From: Octopus sinensis
Taxonomy: Eukaryota
Length of the DNA stretch: 64,000 nt
Assembly (NCBI RefSeq): GCF_006345805.1
Contig: NC_042997.1
Coordinates: 98,208,001-98,272,000, forward strand
Direction: 5' to 3'
The translations under genes and the position numbers were made by a program. The notes beneath the pieces were generated by a model. The model saw nothing but the letters and a program-made list of their open reading frames with translations. It made no database searches and was not told the origin of the DNA. This document shows positions 42,420 to 55,207 of this stretch, piece by piece; within the stretch, counting starts at the first letter, position 1; each line of letters begins with the position of its first letter.

Positions 42420-43690
42420 AAGTACGTAGTAGCTATTTTCCAGTTCTTGGATAGCAAAGACATAGTTTCTAGTTGAGACGTGTTGTATCTGTTACAGGTC
42501 CAGGACAGTTGACTATACTTGTCAATACTGCTGGTTGTCTCTAGTTTATGTGATATGTACTCATGTACAACCTTCCGCTGCTGCGATAAGTATTTCTCCT
42601 ATTAGTCTTTGTTTAAGTACAGGTAATTAGTCCAGGTAATTCTTGCTCACACGAAAACGATATCTGCGGAGAGTACCTGATTTCCACAACAGTACACAGG
42701 TTCTCTTTTCTATCCTAAATCATTATATCAGATATATTGTGTTTACATTTTATTGTGGTTTTCACTGGAATAGTCTAGCATTACTACTTTTATTATGGTT
42801 ATGGCTTCTACCATACGGTGGGTTCTTATTTCTTTGTCCTTGGGTTTATTCTTTTGGCAGATCTCGTTATACAATGTGCTAGCTACACCATGCCTCATCG
42901 GTAAATAATACCGTGGTGACAATTTTGGACAGCTGCTTTTGTTTTGGTTGATATCTTCGGTGTTAACACCAGAAAGTCTGCATCGGTTTTCACATTTTAC
43001 TGCTTTTCCTGCATCTGTCCCTTTTGTGCATCAGGTATTTGTTTGATATTTCCTGTTCCTGGATTGTAAATGTATACTCTTCAAAGTCCAAGGTAGTAAT
43101 CCGGTTATTGGTTCATGATAGACTGCTTTGGTGATCAATGTTACTATCATCTCGGGAGCTTTCTACAAAACATATCCATGCATAGTATTCTACGCTCATC
43201 CTTTCATCTGATGATACGTTGCGGTAGAGTCTTACGACTTCTTTGCGTATGAACTTAAGGTTATCAGACAAGTCTTGTGCAAGCTGGGACAAGGGATGCA
43301 CTTCGGCACTTAGTGGGTAAAAGATGTTGTCGAAGGGTTATGATACGACATTCAAAGGCATTTTAGATCGATGCTAAGCCTCTGCCGCCTTGTTTTGGTT
43401 TTAGGTACAGGCGATCAACATCACTGTTTAATTGGAAATTATGTGTGCTTGTTAGTATTTTCATAGTTTTCCCATCAATGGCTCGGATCTCATCAAGCGT
43501 CCAATCAAGTAACCCAAATGTTGGTGTGAGCACTGACACTGCAAACACTTTCTGGGCCACTGTTTTATTGAATGCCGAGTGTTCCGAAGTCCAAATTTTC
43601 TTCACTCGACTGCAATATTCTTTAGCGACACGAGTTTGGTTACAGGTGCCATTGTAAAATATATTTTCATTCACATTTCTCATCGGATAT
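42420..43690 (-). mobile_element. R4/Dong-like LINE fragment (f)
   Basis: RVKKIWTSEHSAFNK...LTPTFGLLDW...DVDRLYLKPKQGGRGL, and CRLSGVNTEDIN...CPKLSPRYYLPMRH (CCHC region). Confidence 0.8.
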
Positions 43691-43875
43691 AAATAATGGA
43701 AACAGTCAAATCATTGATGGCGATGTTGCTGGTCTGGTTTACAGTTTTTCTTCTTTTCCCAACTTTACAATAACTTTTATGTATGTATGTATGTACACAC
43801 GTAGATTTGCATATACTTGCATATCTAAACATGTTCAGACATAAATGTCATACGTTCATATTTATGTTCATACGC

Positions 43876-43925
<50 letters not shown>

Positions 43926-44145
43926 ATATATAGTATACTTATATGCATATATGTGTTGTGTGTGTATGTACTTAAGGATCTGTGTGTGTTCTGTGGTGGT
44001 AGAGTATGTAAATCTTAGCGATACCTTTTAGCGAAAATGAGAAGTTTTACATTAATTGTAATTGAGTTTTATTAAATTCTATATTTAAGAAATTATGTAC
44101 ATTATTTAAATTTGACGGATATTTGTCCTCATCTTGTTTGTTGTT

Positions 44146-44191
44146 AACACAACGTTTCGGCTGATATACCCTCCAGCCTTCATCAGGTCTC
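44146..44191 (-). ncRNA. Minimal type I hammerhead ribozyme motif in a Penelope-type terminal repeat
   Basis: Minus strand: GAGAC-CUGAUGA-A-GGCUG(GAGGGUAUAU)CAGCC-GAAAC-GUU-GUGUU. Canonical core, 5-bp stem II, palindromic ACGU in place of stem III, stem I with one mismatch. Confidence 0.7.
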
Positions 44192-44238
44192 TTGGGGGAA
44201 TTTCGAATCTGTGTTCTCATTCCTAATTTATTTTTCGA

Positions 44239-44239
<1 letters not shown>

Positions 44240-44278
<39 letters not shown>

Positions 44279-44366
44279 TATTATTATTATTCAGGTCACT
44301 GCCTGGAATTGAACTCGGAATCTTGGGGTTAGTAACCCGTGCTCTTAACCGCTACGCCATATGCGC
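44240..44366 (-). mobile_element. Second tRNA-only mini-SINE copy with (AAT)n tail
   Basis: Reverse complement of 44291-44366 closely matches 58135-58210. (ATT)n at 44240-44290 is its tail. Confidence 0.8.
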
Positions 44367-44859
44367 ATGGGTTTTATTGTTTAATATTTTCAGAAGATGG
44401 GAATCTGATGTCTGTTTCGCAAGTGAAGAACATCAATATAAACATGCCCTCGCCTCTATACAGATAACAGCATAGTGTTGTCTTCTCATCTGAAACAGAT
44501 GTAGAATTACACAAGAAGAACTGAGAACTTTCATGTTGAAGTCGATCTGTATTGTGAAACAAAAAAGAAAAAAAGCGATATGGCAATCCTATAGCTTTAA
44601 TCGAAAGTTTGAATAAGAATGTAATTAAATGTGTGCTTGATGTGAATGCAGTTGTTGTTGAATTATCAAATTTTCGAAATCTAATTCAGGCGTAAAGATT
44701 AACCATACTTTGGCCTTGTTCCTTTAATTATCGTATATTTTGGGGGATAGTTTATCTTTTATTTTACATTTTTTCTCTTACACTTTTAGTTCTCCCGTCT
44801 CACGATGTCCTCCATTCTAGCAACAAATATCAATTATTATACATACATATGTACATACG

Positions 44860-45235
<376 letters not shown>

Positions 45236-45659
45236 GCTGTCGTAATTTTCGATTGCGTAAGTCTAAACAATTTCTCTTATTTATTTATGTGTATTGATAT
45301 TGAATTTTTGTCAAAAGTTGGTTAACACCATCTGCTTTCGCGTGAGCGAGTCGCTTACACGAAATTTTTTTTCTCTTTAAGGGTGTATTTTCGAATTCTA
45401 AATTTCATTTTAAAAATATTTGTTCAATTTGTGCTGAAAAATGGATAGCTTTTCTGGGGATGCCAGCTTTCCTGTGTCCGAATTAGACATGGATGCTTTT
45501 CCCCCACTGACAAACACTGCAAGAAAGAAAGAAAGAAAGCACAAACTTACATTCACACACACACACAGAGTCAAGCAACGTCGTTAAAGTTTCTGAAACT
45601 AGCGTCCCTACTAACAAAGAAGGAAAAGAAAGTAGCAACAATGAATACATATCTATTCA

Positions 45660-45892
45660 TACCTATTTCTTTACTACCCACAACGGGCTAAACACAGAGA
45701 GGACAAACAAGGACAGACAAACGGATTAAGTCGATTACATCGACCCCAGTGCGTAACTGGTATTATTTAATCGACTCCGAAAGGATGAAAGGCAAAGTCG
45801 ACCTCGCCAGAATTTGAACTCAGAACGTAACGGCAGACGAAATATGCTGAGCATTTCGCCCGGTGTGCTAACGATTCTGCCAGCTCGCCGCC
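45660..45892 (-). mobile_element. tRNA-derived SINE family A, near-complete copy
   Basis: Reverse complement GGCGAGCTGGCAGAATCGTTAGC...GAGTTCAAATTC...CATCCTTTCGG...ACTGGGGTCGATGTAATCGAC...AAAGAAATAGGTA. Homologous copies occur throughout the window. Confidence 0.9.
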
Positions 45893-46049
45893 TTATCATA
45901 TCTATTACATATCTATTCATACCGTCGCCACCACTACCAACACCACCAACAACACGAACAGACAAAGCAACTTTGCTTCAGGTCTGAGGTAAAGAAAACA
46001 AATTGTTTCATTCACTCCTCAACAATTGATAGAAACCTGATCGCTTTTT

Positions 46050-47227
46050 ATCAAAGAAGGGTAGAACTATAAGACTCAATGCTCTGCCAAATATTTTAGA
46101 AAATATTAACAAAAAAAAAAAACAAACAAAAAATACATCATATGTTAGACAATAAACTTGAAAACGAGAAAGCCCGAAACTATAAACCAATAAACAATTG
46201 AAAAATGCCTAAAGCCGATATGGGCACCCAAAAAATACATCACAAGGGGCAAAAGATTTGCCACATTTGATGTCAGATTTGACACAGAAGAGCAAACAAA
46301 ATATTACTCTACACAGTCACTTGAATGCGAAGAAGTCATAATGATTATCACATACATACGTCGTCGGGTTACAAAAATAAAAATTAAAGATGTACCCCCT
46401 GAAATAGAAGCACGGTGGCTGTTATCAGCCATCTGTTACAATGTCGAGGAAGTTATTAACATCTTAGAAATTGTCGTCTTCGAACAACAAAACTGCATAG
46501 GTCAGGTGTAACAGCTCTTGGTTCACGCCGATCAAGAACGATAGAAAATGTGCCACATTCTATAAAACTGCCGGACGGTACCACCTTACATGTGGCCGTT
46601 GAAGGCAGAAGACCACGCAGTCACCTTTGTGGCAGCAAAAACCACCTAAAAATTCCTAAAAATTGACTGTCCAACGATTAAGGAGCAACAACAGCAACAA
46701 CAACAACAACAATAACAAACAGCAACAGCAGCAACAACAAAAGGGAAACTCTACTCGCAAACCAGCACTGTTACCCACACCACCTTTAGCACAACAGATG
46801 AGAGAGCTCCACCAACGGATGAAACAGCTCCATAAAACAACAAACCAACTCGACCAACCCAGCTAATCACCACAACCAACAGCAGAAACAACGTAACCAC
46901 CTGCACCACCACCACCAACAGCCGGACTCGCGGTTTCGATTCCCAGGCCGGGCGTTGTGTGTGTTTATTGAGCGAAGATACCTAGAACTCCACGAGGCTC
47001 CGGCAGGGGGTGGTGGCGACCCCTGTTATAGTCTTTCGCTCCAACTTTCTCTCACTCTTTCTTCCTGTTTCTTGTCCCCGACTTCCTACGTGTCTGGGGT
47101 TGACCTGCTTTCTCTTCTGCGAGTCTTACGAACAGCAAAGGACCACGTTTCGGACTTCTCCCATCTTGCGAGCTCTGGGACGAAGACCGTTCGCTCAACA
47201 GCAACAGCAACAGCAGCACCACCAACA

Positions 47228-47264
<37 letters not shown>

Positions 47265-50200
47265 AAGTACCAAAACATGAAATGGGAAAAATAACTAACT
47301 CCTCATCTTCAACAACCCAAATATCACATTCCAACTGCTACCAACCAAAACTAACAACAACTGCATCAACACACCCATAAATCGACCCCAGATCCTTTCC
47401 CCTCCCATGTTCTGATTCCTCCGACATGTCGTTTGATGAAGGCGACACGGAGGAATGGCAAATGTCCACAGTGGGGAAGAAGAAAAAGGGGGAGAAAAAG
47501 AACAACCGCTCAATTGAACAAAGCTCTCCCGACAACAAAATCCCATGGATACCAACAACACCAGCACCAAAACACTACAAATATACAAGCACCAACAATG
47601 CTAACCGCAATCAACACGAACAATTTGGATCTGATGCAATACACCAGGTCGCTCACCACCATAAATGAATAAAGTTACAAAACAAACAACCATCCATGCA
47701 CAAGACCACCACAACACATTAAAATAATATACACCATACAAATCATACATAAACTAATAAAATCTTTCTAATGCAATAGGGAGATTTCGACAACATATGT
47801 CAAAAAATCTCTATAAAAATTTCCTCACGGAAACTGAGGAGGAAAATCCCCAGCATCCGAAACATTAAGTGTCTCTCTTTCTCTCTCTCTCACCTTCTGC
47901 TTTCGCTTTGTGTCTGAAACACAACTTCCGCCAGATTCATGCTTAAGATAGGTAATATAAATGTGCGTGGCTTGGGGTCGCCTTGAAAACAAAGTTACCT
48001 GTTAATCGACATCAAGTCACAAAATATGGATAGCATAGCCAGCGAAACTAGACTCTCCAACGTGCAGACACCTCAGCTCATGTTCGGCAAACAATTCAAT
48101 ATTCATTTTTTCCCGGTGTCTACCGAGAATGGGCGGTGGGGGTACTGCAGTACTTTTTCGAAAGAATCTGAACCTGATAGTACTGACAGTATTCCTAGAC
48201 CCGGAGGGCAGGCTGGTCGACTCGGCTGTCGATGGCTGTAATGGCTGTGCTTTCCAACTAGTAAAAGTTTACTCACCGTCCTTATCAGTTCCGCCGGATT
48301 TCTTTCGACGTCTAGAGGTTTCCTTGGGAACGTCTCGACCTTTACTTTTAGTGGGGGATTGGAGCGTCACCTTGGACACGCATTTAGACTATTTAGAGAT
48401 AGGAAAAGGAGGAGATGCAAATGCCTTATAGACATGTTCAAACGTTTCCAACTCTGACAGGTACCGATGTGGACATGTGGATATGGGCCAATGTGGACAT
48501 GGGCCAACCGCATTCAGTCGTCCAGATCGTATTTAGATAGAGTATTCTGTAGGATAGTGGATAGGATTAGTGTAGGTTGCCCATAATTTCACATAGTCAG
48601 CTATACAGATAAAAAAATCGTGACTTATCCGCTCAATTTGGATAAGAATCATAGGCAGGGTTCCGGTTACTAGAAGCCGGACGCATCTTTCCCAGAGCGA
48701 CAGGCTTACGAAGACCGGATTAGCACATTAGTTAAGAAGACGTTGACGGGGGCCATCGTCAGCAATAAATGAGGGATTTCCCAAAAGAGAGTAATCAAAG
48801 TAGAATCGGTTAAGTACATCAAGTCTTTAGCGATAGACCAAAATAGAATAGAAGGAGACTTAGTTAAGAAATTAGAAGAGGCACTTAGAAATGGCATCGC
48901 GTCCAGCATGCTGGCAGCAAGGTTGGCCCTTGATCAACACTTTAACGCCAACACGAAGGTTGTGTTGTCAGAGCTAGCATGCGTGCTTTGGGAAACGAAG
49001 GAATTGCAACTGCCCGAGCGGCCCTGGTGGTGAAGGCGCAACATGACAACAAAACTACCATTCGGTCTTTGATCGATGAGCAGGGGCGCGAATTGCTCGA
49101 GCCCGAAAGGGCATGTGAGGCCTTTCAGCAGCACTTTGCCCGACTGTGCGGGACGCAGAGTGGAATTTAGTGCCTACTTGCATGGCCTGCTACGACTCTC
49201 GGCAAGAGAGGTGGAGTTTTGTAAAAATCCCATCACAGCCGTGAATGTACGGAAGGCGATGTGGAAGAGACAAGTCGCCGGGCTTGGATGGTTTGTTCTA
49301 CGAGCTTTTTTGTCATATGCCAGGCTTGTTTGGAGAAGTCTTGGCAACAGTCTACTTGAACTAGCAGCAAAACAGGAGTATTTCCAGTTTTGTGAGCCGA
49401 GGAGCGGTGACACTGGTAAAGAAAGACCCAAACAAGGAGGGCGTTATAAACTTTTCCGACCCATCACTCTGCTCAACGCAGAGGAGCATCTCGAGCGAAT
49501 TGGGATGCAGGAGGAGAATGTCTGCATTTGTAGACGGTGTTACCGTCATAGTGTTGAGTCACAGGCATATCAACCTGGTTGGTGAGACACTAAAAGAATA
49601 TGTAGTGGTAACGGGAGCGAAAATTAACACGGAAAAAACAGTGGGCTTGCGGCTCGGTATCTGAAGAAACAAGCCCATGTCGTCCAACAGCGTCTCCGTC
49701 GTGGGACACTGGACCGACAGGCCGGTTAAATTGTTCGGGGTCTGGTTCAGTCCAGACCTCCAAATGAAGAAGAACTGGGACAAGATAACGAGTTAGGTGG
49801 CCACTCTCACCCAACAATGGGTCGAGAGAAAGCTATCTCTAAAAGGTCGGGCTGAATGCGTACATCGCATCCGTTAACTACTACTGTCTGACCGTCGTAC
49901 TTTGTTCCGACCCCAACGTCACAGGACTAGAACGAATACCCTTCCGCTTTTTATGGAAGGGAAGCGTTTCGATGGTCAGGCGATTCATTTGCTGCTAACA
50001 TACGCTAAATTGAGGGCTGGGCATGCCGTGGTTAATGATGCACAGACATTTCCAGCGTTTCGTAGACGACGGTGAACAGGAGCAGTCACCGTTTGTGAGA
50101 TGCGCTTTCCAGCAGCTCGTCTCTTTTATCGAACTGCAATCGTGGATCAAACCGAGACCGAGGCTGGGCGAATGGCACTGCGAGTGTCGCCATGCACTTG

Positions 50201-51150
50201 CATAACACTGCTGTCCGGGAACAAACTTGTGCGACTTCAAATCCACAAGGCGTTCTGTAGAGGATTAATGGAGGGAATGTGGGACGACGTTCATGAAGAA
50301 ACCCTGGGCGTCGGCGAGCAATACCTGGCCCGCCTCAAAAGGACCACTTTCGGGCCGGGACCCATGGACAATTTCCAGAGATCCCTGGCCTGACAGTGCT
50401 ATCGGGAAACATTGCTCGTTCGGGATAAGCTCTACAGACACGGTTCAATCGACTTGTCGGAGATGCGATCAGAGTAACGAAACTGTTCTGCACACACTCC
50501 TGCAATGTCCAAACATTTCAGACCTGTAGGCTTATGTTGAACGTCTTCAGTCACATGTGGGACGAATTCGGTTGTCGGCCGAGTTTATCGTGAATATTGC
50601 CACGCTACCTTCCTCTAATCGAGAAAGCAAGACAGTTTTCATTGTACTGGTGGCTATGGCGAAAGAATGTGTGTGGTGGAGTCGTACGAAAGGTTTAGAG
50701 ACAAACACTTTCCTCTCTGGCCAACAGCTCATCAACTTCTTCAAGTATCACTTAAAGAGGAAGGTGAGAATAGAGAGGGAAGTTTTGTCTAATGAAAGGG
50801 TCAATAAAGGGTGGGTGAATGCGGCAAGGATGGTACGACTAAATGACAGAACCACCTTTAACACGAACCTATAAAACAAATTGCTCTCATGTTAATGTTT
50901 TTGTTTTTCGTTTCCGAGGTTACCGTGGTTCTTTTTCTTTCCACAGATAAACCTAGTTAATGTGACATTTTCTTTCCCTGTTGGGAGCTCTTATCGTTAA
51001 CAACGACTTTCATGTTATTTCCCTGTTAACACGCCCCCACCCCAGGTTTTTATGTACCCTTTGATCGATTTCGAAAAAGAAAATTCTACATTGCATTGTC
51101 CCCTCCGTGTTCGGAGAGTAATTCCGCGAGGAGGAATTAATCTTCTCAAT
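46050..51150 (+). mobile_element. Tx1/L1-group LINE, near full span but decayed
   Basis: ORF1-like remnant with zinc knuckle (VEGRRPRSHLCGSKNHL, about 46600-46650). ORF2 from ATG 47939 (MLKIGNINVRGLG; SETRL; LVGDW; YLDRVF = APE endonuclease), RPITLLN, C-terminal CRRCDQSNETVLHTLLQC, stop 50874. Many stops and frameshifts; most of the RT core is missing between about 49490 and 49550. Whether ORF1 and ORF2 belong to one insertion is not certain. Confidence 0.85.
46924..47195 (+). mobile_element. 5'-truncated family-B-head SINE with a third tail, inside the Tx1 ORF1 region
   Basis: 46924-47070 aligns with 54460-54605, then diverges. Flanked by CAACAGC on both sides (possible TSD, but in a repeat context). 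Confidence 0.75.
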
Positions 51151-51816
51151 TCGCTCCTTTGCTCCACCTAGGCTCAATTCTCTTATCCTCTTCATCTACC
51201 CTCTTCCTCTCTTCCTATCACACTACTTCCTCCCACCCACCTCTCCTCTTTTGTTATGCCACCTACTTCCTCTCTTCACTCCTACCCACCTTCTCCCTTC
51301 CACCCTTTCCCTCCCTCGGTACCCCACCCCTACACATTCCAACCCCACCATCCCTATACATCCCATCCAGCCCCACCCTTGCTTCTCCCACTCTCGCGTA
51401 CCCCACCCCAAAACCACCACATCACACCTCACCACACTCCACAACACACCAACGCACCACACCATCACTCCATACACCACCATACCACACATCACACCAC
51501 CCCGCACACTAGCACTGACCACTTCCCAGCACCCACACCAGCGCAGACACTAGTACTGACCACTTCCCAGCACTTACACCACCTTCCACACACCTACACA
51601 TGCACACACGCACACATCAATGTCACCAGCCCCCTTCCACACGCACATAAACGCTCTCACATACGCGCGTGTACCTTCGTTTTGGGATCCCCACTACTTT
51701 ATTATCTCCCCCTCTTCCTAGCTCTCCTGTGCGACCCCTCTGTCCGACATTCACCATGATAGATCGCTAGCCACTAAATCTTTTTCGATTTTTTTTCCCT
51801 GTTTATTTCTCTGTTC

Positions 51817-51852
51817 CTTTCTGTGGAAGAGCGTAGGCTCGAAACGTAAAAG
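51817..51852 (+). ncRNA. Minimal hammerhead-like motif with variant core
   Basis: CUUU-CUGUGGA-A-GAGC(GUAG)GCUC-GAAAC-GUA-AAAG. Perfect stems I and II, but A6 of CUGANGA is replaced by U. Confidence 0.5.
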
Positions 51853-51901
51853 ACTTTCTCACTTCCCTAGCGTTTCGTCTTCGTCTTTTTTTTGTAAATT
51901 C

Positions 51902-51941
<40 letters not shown>

Positions 51942-51964
51942 TCTATATCTATTTATATCTATAT

Positions 51965-52700
51965 TCCTTTATAGTCTTACTCGTTTCAGCCGTGCAGCTG
52001 CGGTCATACTGGAAGACCACCGTGGTCTGTCCGATTTACTCAGTCTGGGGCATTTCACATTACCACTCTTGTATATGTCTTTGTCCCAACTGTTGGCCCA
52101 TTGGGTGTCTAAAGGAGTTTGATTCCGCTGTCCTCGTTTGCACGTCATGCAGGGCTGTTGGTTCATCCGGTATTGTGGAGAGGAGGATGTCTAGTTCTTT
52201 TTTTGAAGACATCTACTTCCGCCTTATGCAGATTTTCTAATTTTTGTGGCAAGATATTAAAGAGCTGTGGGTCTTTGAACCCTATTGCAGTACCTAGTCC
52301 TGAATTTACATGGAGTGGATGTTACTTTTACTACAATACATCGGCGGCTAGTCTGGCATTTGTATAACACTCAATACCAAAGTTAGGGACTAGCCCTTCT
52401 AGGATTTTCTATATGTATATTATTGTATATCTCTCACGCCTTCGCTCCAGGAGGTAAAGTTATAGTTTTCTCAGCCTATCCCTGTAGCTCATCTGCTGTA
52501 CTGTTTCAATTTTTTTAGTGTAGTGGCATTGGACTGCTTCAAGCTCCACTGTTCGTTTGGCACTATGTGATGACCATAACTGGGAACAGTAGTCCAGGCG
52601 GCTGGGAAATACGAGAAAAAAGTTCACATAGGGTCAACATAGTATCTTGGTCTCTTGTCTTGAAGGGCCTCGGTATCCAGTCTGCAGTTGTCTGCAGGAT
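51965..52700 (-). mobile_element. Second CR1-clade LINE 3' fragment
   Basis: Reverse complement is homologous to 24450-25170: LLERRRE, ILEGLVPNFGIE, PQLFNILP, LSTIPDEP and the 3' tail. Confidence 0.85.
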
Positions 52701-52780
52701 GCACACATATACACACACATATATATTTATAGATGCATATATATTTATATATATATATATGTATCACGCTATACAAATAT

Positions 52781-52812
<32 letters not shown>

Positions 52813-52999
52813 CATATGTGCGTGTGTGTTGTAGGTGAATGTGTATGTGTGTGTGTATGTGTATATTGTGTGATGATATTTCCTTATACTTAAAATTTTC
52901 GTGTAGGCGACGTTAGTTAACCGGCCTATTTTGTGCATTTGAATTAATAGAATATTAATCAGGATAAACAATATTTCATATCTAGGTGCTGAAATATGT

Positions 53000-53870
53000 G
53001 GACTAATCAATGGTCACGTGATTGGTCATGTGGTCAATAAAGCATGTTTTTAGGGGAAATGTAACAGAAAGTGGTTCTGCTCTAGAATCAGAATTAATGT
53101 GTTTTATTGATAGCTCCTATTGTTTTTGACTGCTATCAATGTGGTTCGACTTTAGGGTTAAGCAGTTAATTAATCGTATGGTTGGTGACGTTGTCGGCCA
53201 TATGATTGCTCACGTGGTTTGATATAATAGTGATGTCGGTTCTAGTCGTCAGTTTTCGCTTTCTACTTGTCCAGCAAGAACCTACGCATATGGATGCAAG
53301 TTGACATCAACTCAGCTATTCTATTAAGGACTGGAGAGAGAAGACGGATGATGCGTAGTGTCGATGTGAGACAGAAGTCACAGATCTTGAATTCATTTCT
53401 ATATAGTTATATCAGCCTCATTATTACGTGTGTGACATTTCTGCTCATTACTGCATCATTTGATTTCCAACTGTATTTTGATAGTTCTGCCGTTTTTGTT
53501 AGGTGGTGATAGAAAATTAAACACCATTTTGTTGGTACAAGCAGATTTTGAATAGGTTATGCTTAAGTGTTAATTTTACATCATTTAGTATACTCAGTTT
53601 CTTCTGTGGCATTTGCCTTTCATGAGATGTGCATCTATGTTGTAGTAGTTCCATATCAAGGCTATCTACATTGTGGATATTATCTGTTGGATATGTTCCT
53701 TATACAGCTGAAGCTCAATTTTATTGCGTTTACCATCTGTCCAAATAGGAAGTGTTTGGTGATGGGTGAGAGAAAGTTCTTCCAAATTTTTTTGTATTGG
53801 CGCTGATTTGTAGGTGGTACTTTATACGATTCGTGCCTCTTCTGTATTTGGCGTTACTATTTCACAAGAC
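53000..53870 (-). mobile_element. Penelope-like element, GIY-YIG/C-terminal remnant
   Basis: Minus-strand IKLSFSCI (about 53700-53725), KTAELSKYSWKS (about 53463-53498) and ICDFCL (about 53370-53388) match the typical PLE C-terminal motifs (ISYSC, TELSKYIW, CxLCL). Confidence 0.65.
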
Positions 53871-54222
53871 TATCAGACACATGATTAGATCTAAAGAAAA
53901 ATCAATTACTCCTGCATGTCAAAGCCACGGACGTCATAAAAAAGCATGAATGACAGCGTGAACAATCACCTAAACGACCATACCTGTAATTACATAACAA
54001 CTGCACGACAAAAGTGTGTAATATATTTAAATCAGATGAGTGCTATTCCATTTTCATACTTTGAGACTCACGATCAACATACCGAGTAAAACATCTAGCG
54101 ATGCAGAAAGGATTTCGATTAACACATACAATTATAACAGATTCTACGCACTACACACTTCTAACAAAGGTGTATACTGAACACTTTGCATTTTTGCAGA
54201 AAAACACGTATCCACAAATATG

Positions 54223-54326
<104 letters not shown>

Positions 54327-54367
54327 CATATATATATGTATATATATATATATATATACATATATTA

Positions 54368-54424
<57 letters not shown>

Positions 54425-54425
54425 A

Positions 54426-54720
54426 TGGAGGCGCAATGGCCCAGTGGTTAGGGCAGCGGACTCGCAGTCGTAGGATCGCGGTTTCGATTCCTAGTGTTGT
54501 GAGTGTTTATTGAGCGAAAACACCTAAAAAGCTCCACGAGGGTCCGGCAGGGGGGGGGGTGATCCCTGCTGTACTCTTTCACCACACTTTCTCTCACTCT
54601 TTCTTCTGTTGGCCTGCTCGCTTAGCCAGCGGGGTGGCGTCATTCGAAGGCTAAAACAATGCGAACGCATTGTGACCAGCGATGTGTAACAACATCTGAT
54701 GGTCTGGTCGGTCACGTGAT
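54426..54720 (+). mobile_element. tRNA-derived SINE family B
   Basis: A box TGGCCCAGTGG and B box GGTTTCGATTCC, body GCTCCACGAGG, tail ...CATTGTGACCAGCGATGTGTAACAACATCTGATGG. Ends 167 nt upstream of exon 3. Confidence 0.88.
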
Positions 54721-54887
54721 CGTGATTATATTATATTATATGTATATTATATTATATATATATATATATGTATGTATATACAAACACATATATATATATT
54801 TATATATACACAAACACATATATATATATATTTATATGCATGATTAGTTGCATGTGGTATGTAAATTTATATCATTTATCATTTTAG

Positions 54888-55027
54888 ATTTTGGTGTTGA
54901 TCGTCTTCTAGAGCTGTCTGAGAAATCAATGATTCCATGGTTGATGAGCAATGTAACAGACAATATAACTGAAAAACCTCTTGCAAATGGAGCCCTTTCA
55001 TATATGCTGGAATGGAATGGAAAGAAA
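54888..55027 (+). CDS. 5'-nucleotidase-like gene, coding exon 3
   Basis: ATTTTAG acceptor. Reads (D)FGVDRLLELSEKSMIPWLMSNVTDNITEKPLANGALSYMLEWNGKK and completes GNHDFDFG across the intron. PWLMSNV is typical of the family. Phase-0 donor AAA|GTGAGC. Confidence 0.92.
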
Positions 55028-55119
55028 GTGAGCCAAATTTCTTTCTCTTTATTTTCTTCACTTATTATTTCTTTATTCATGTTATAATAATAATGATAAT
55101 AATAATAATAATAATAATA

Positions 55120-55160
<41 letters not shown>

Positions 55161-55173
55161 CAACAACAACAAC

Positions 55174-55205
<32 letters not shown>

Positions 55206-55207
55206 TA

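Noticed and set aside
47130-47175. GAAACGT motif in SINE tail Z (also near 4250 and 16725) as hammerhead
   Set aside because: No CUGANGA at the right distance and no stem I.
52930-52975. Possible hammerhead at the 3' end of the Penelope remnant (minus strand CCTGATTAA...CAAATGC)
   Set aside because: Both core halves are mutated, so it cannot be distinguished from chance in AT-rich DNA.
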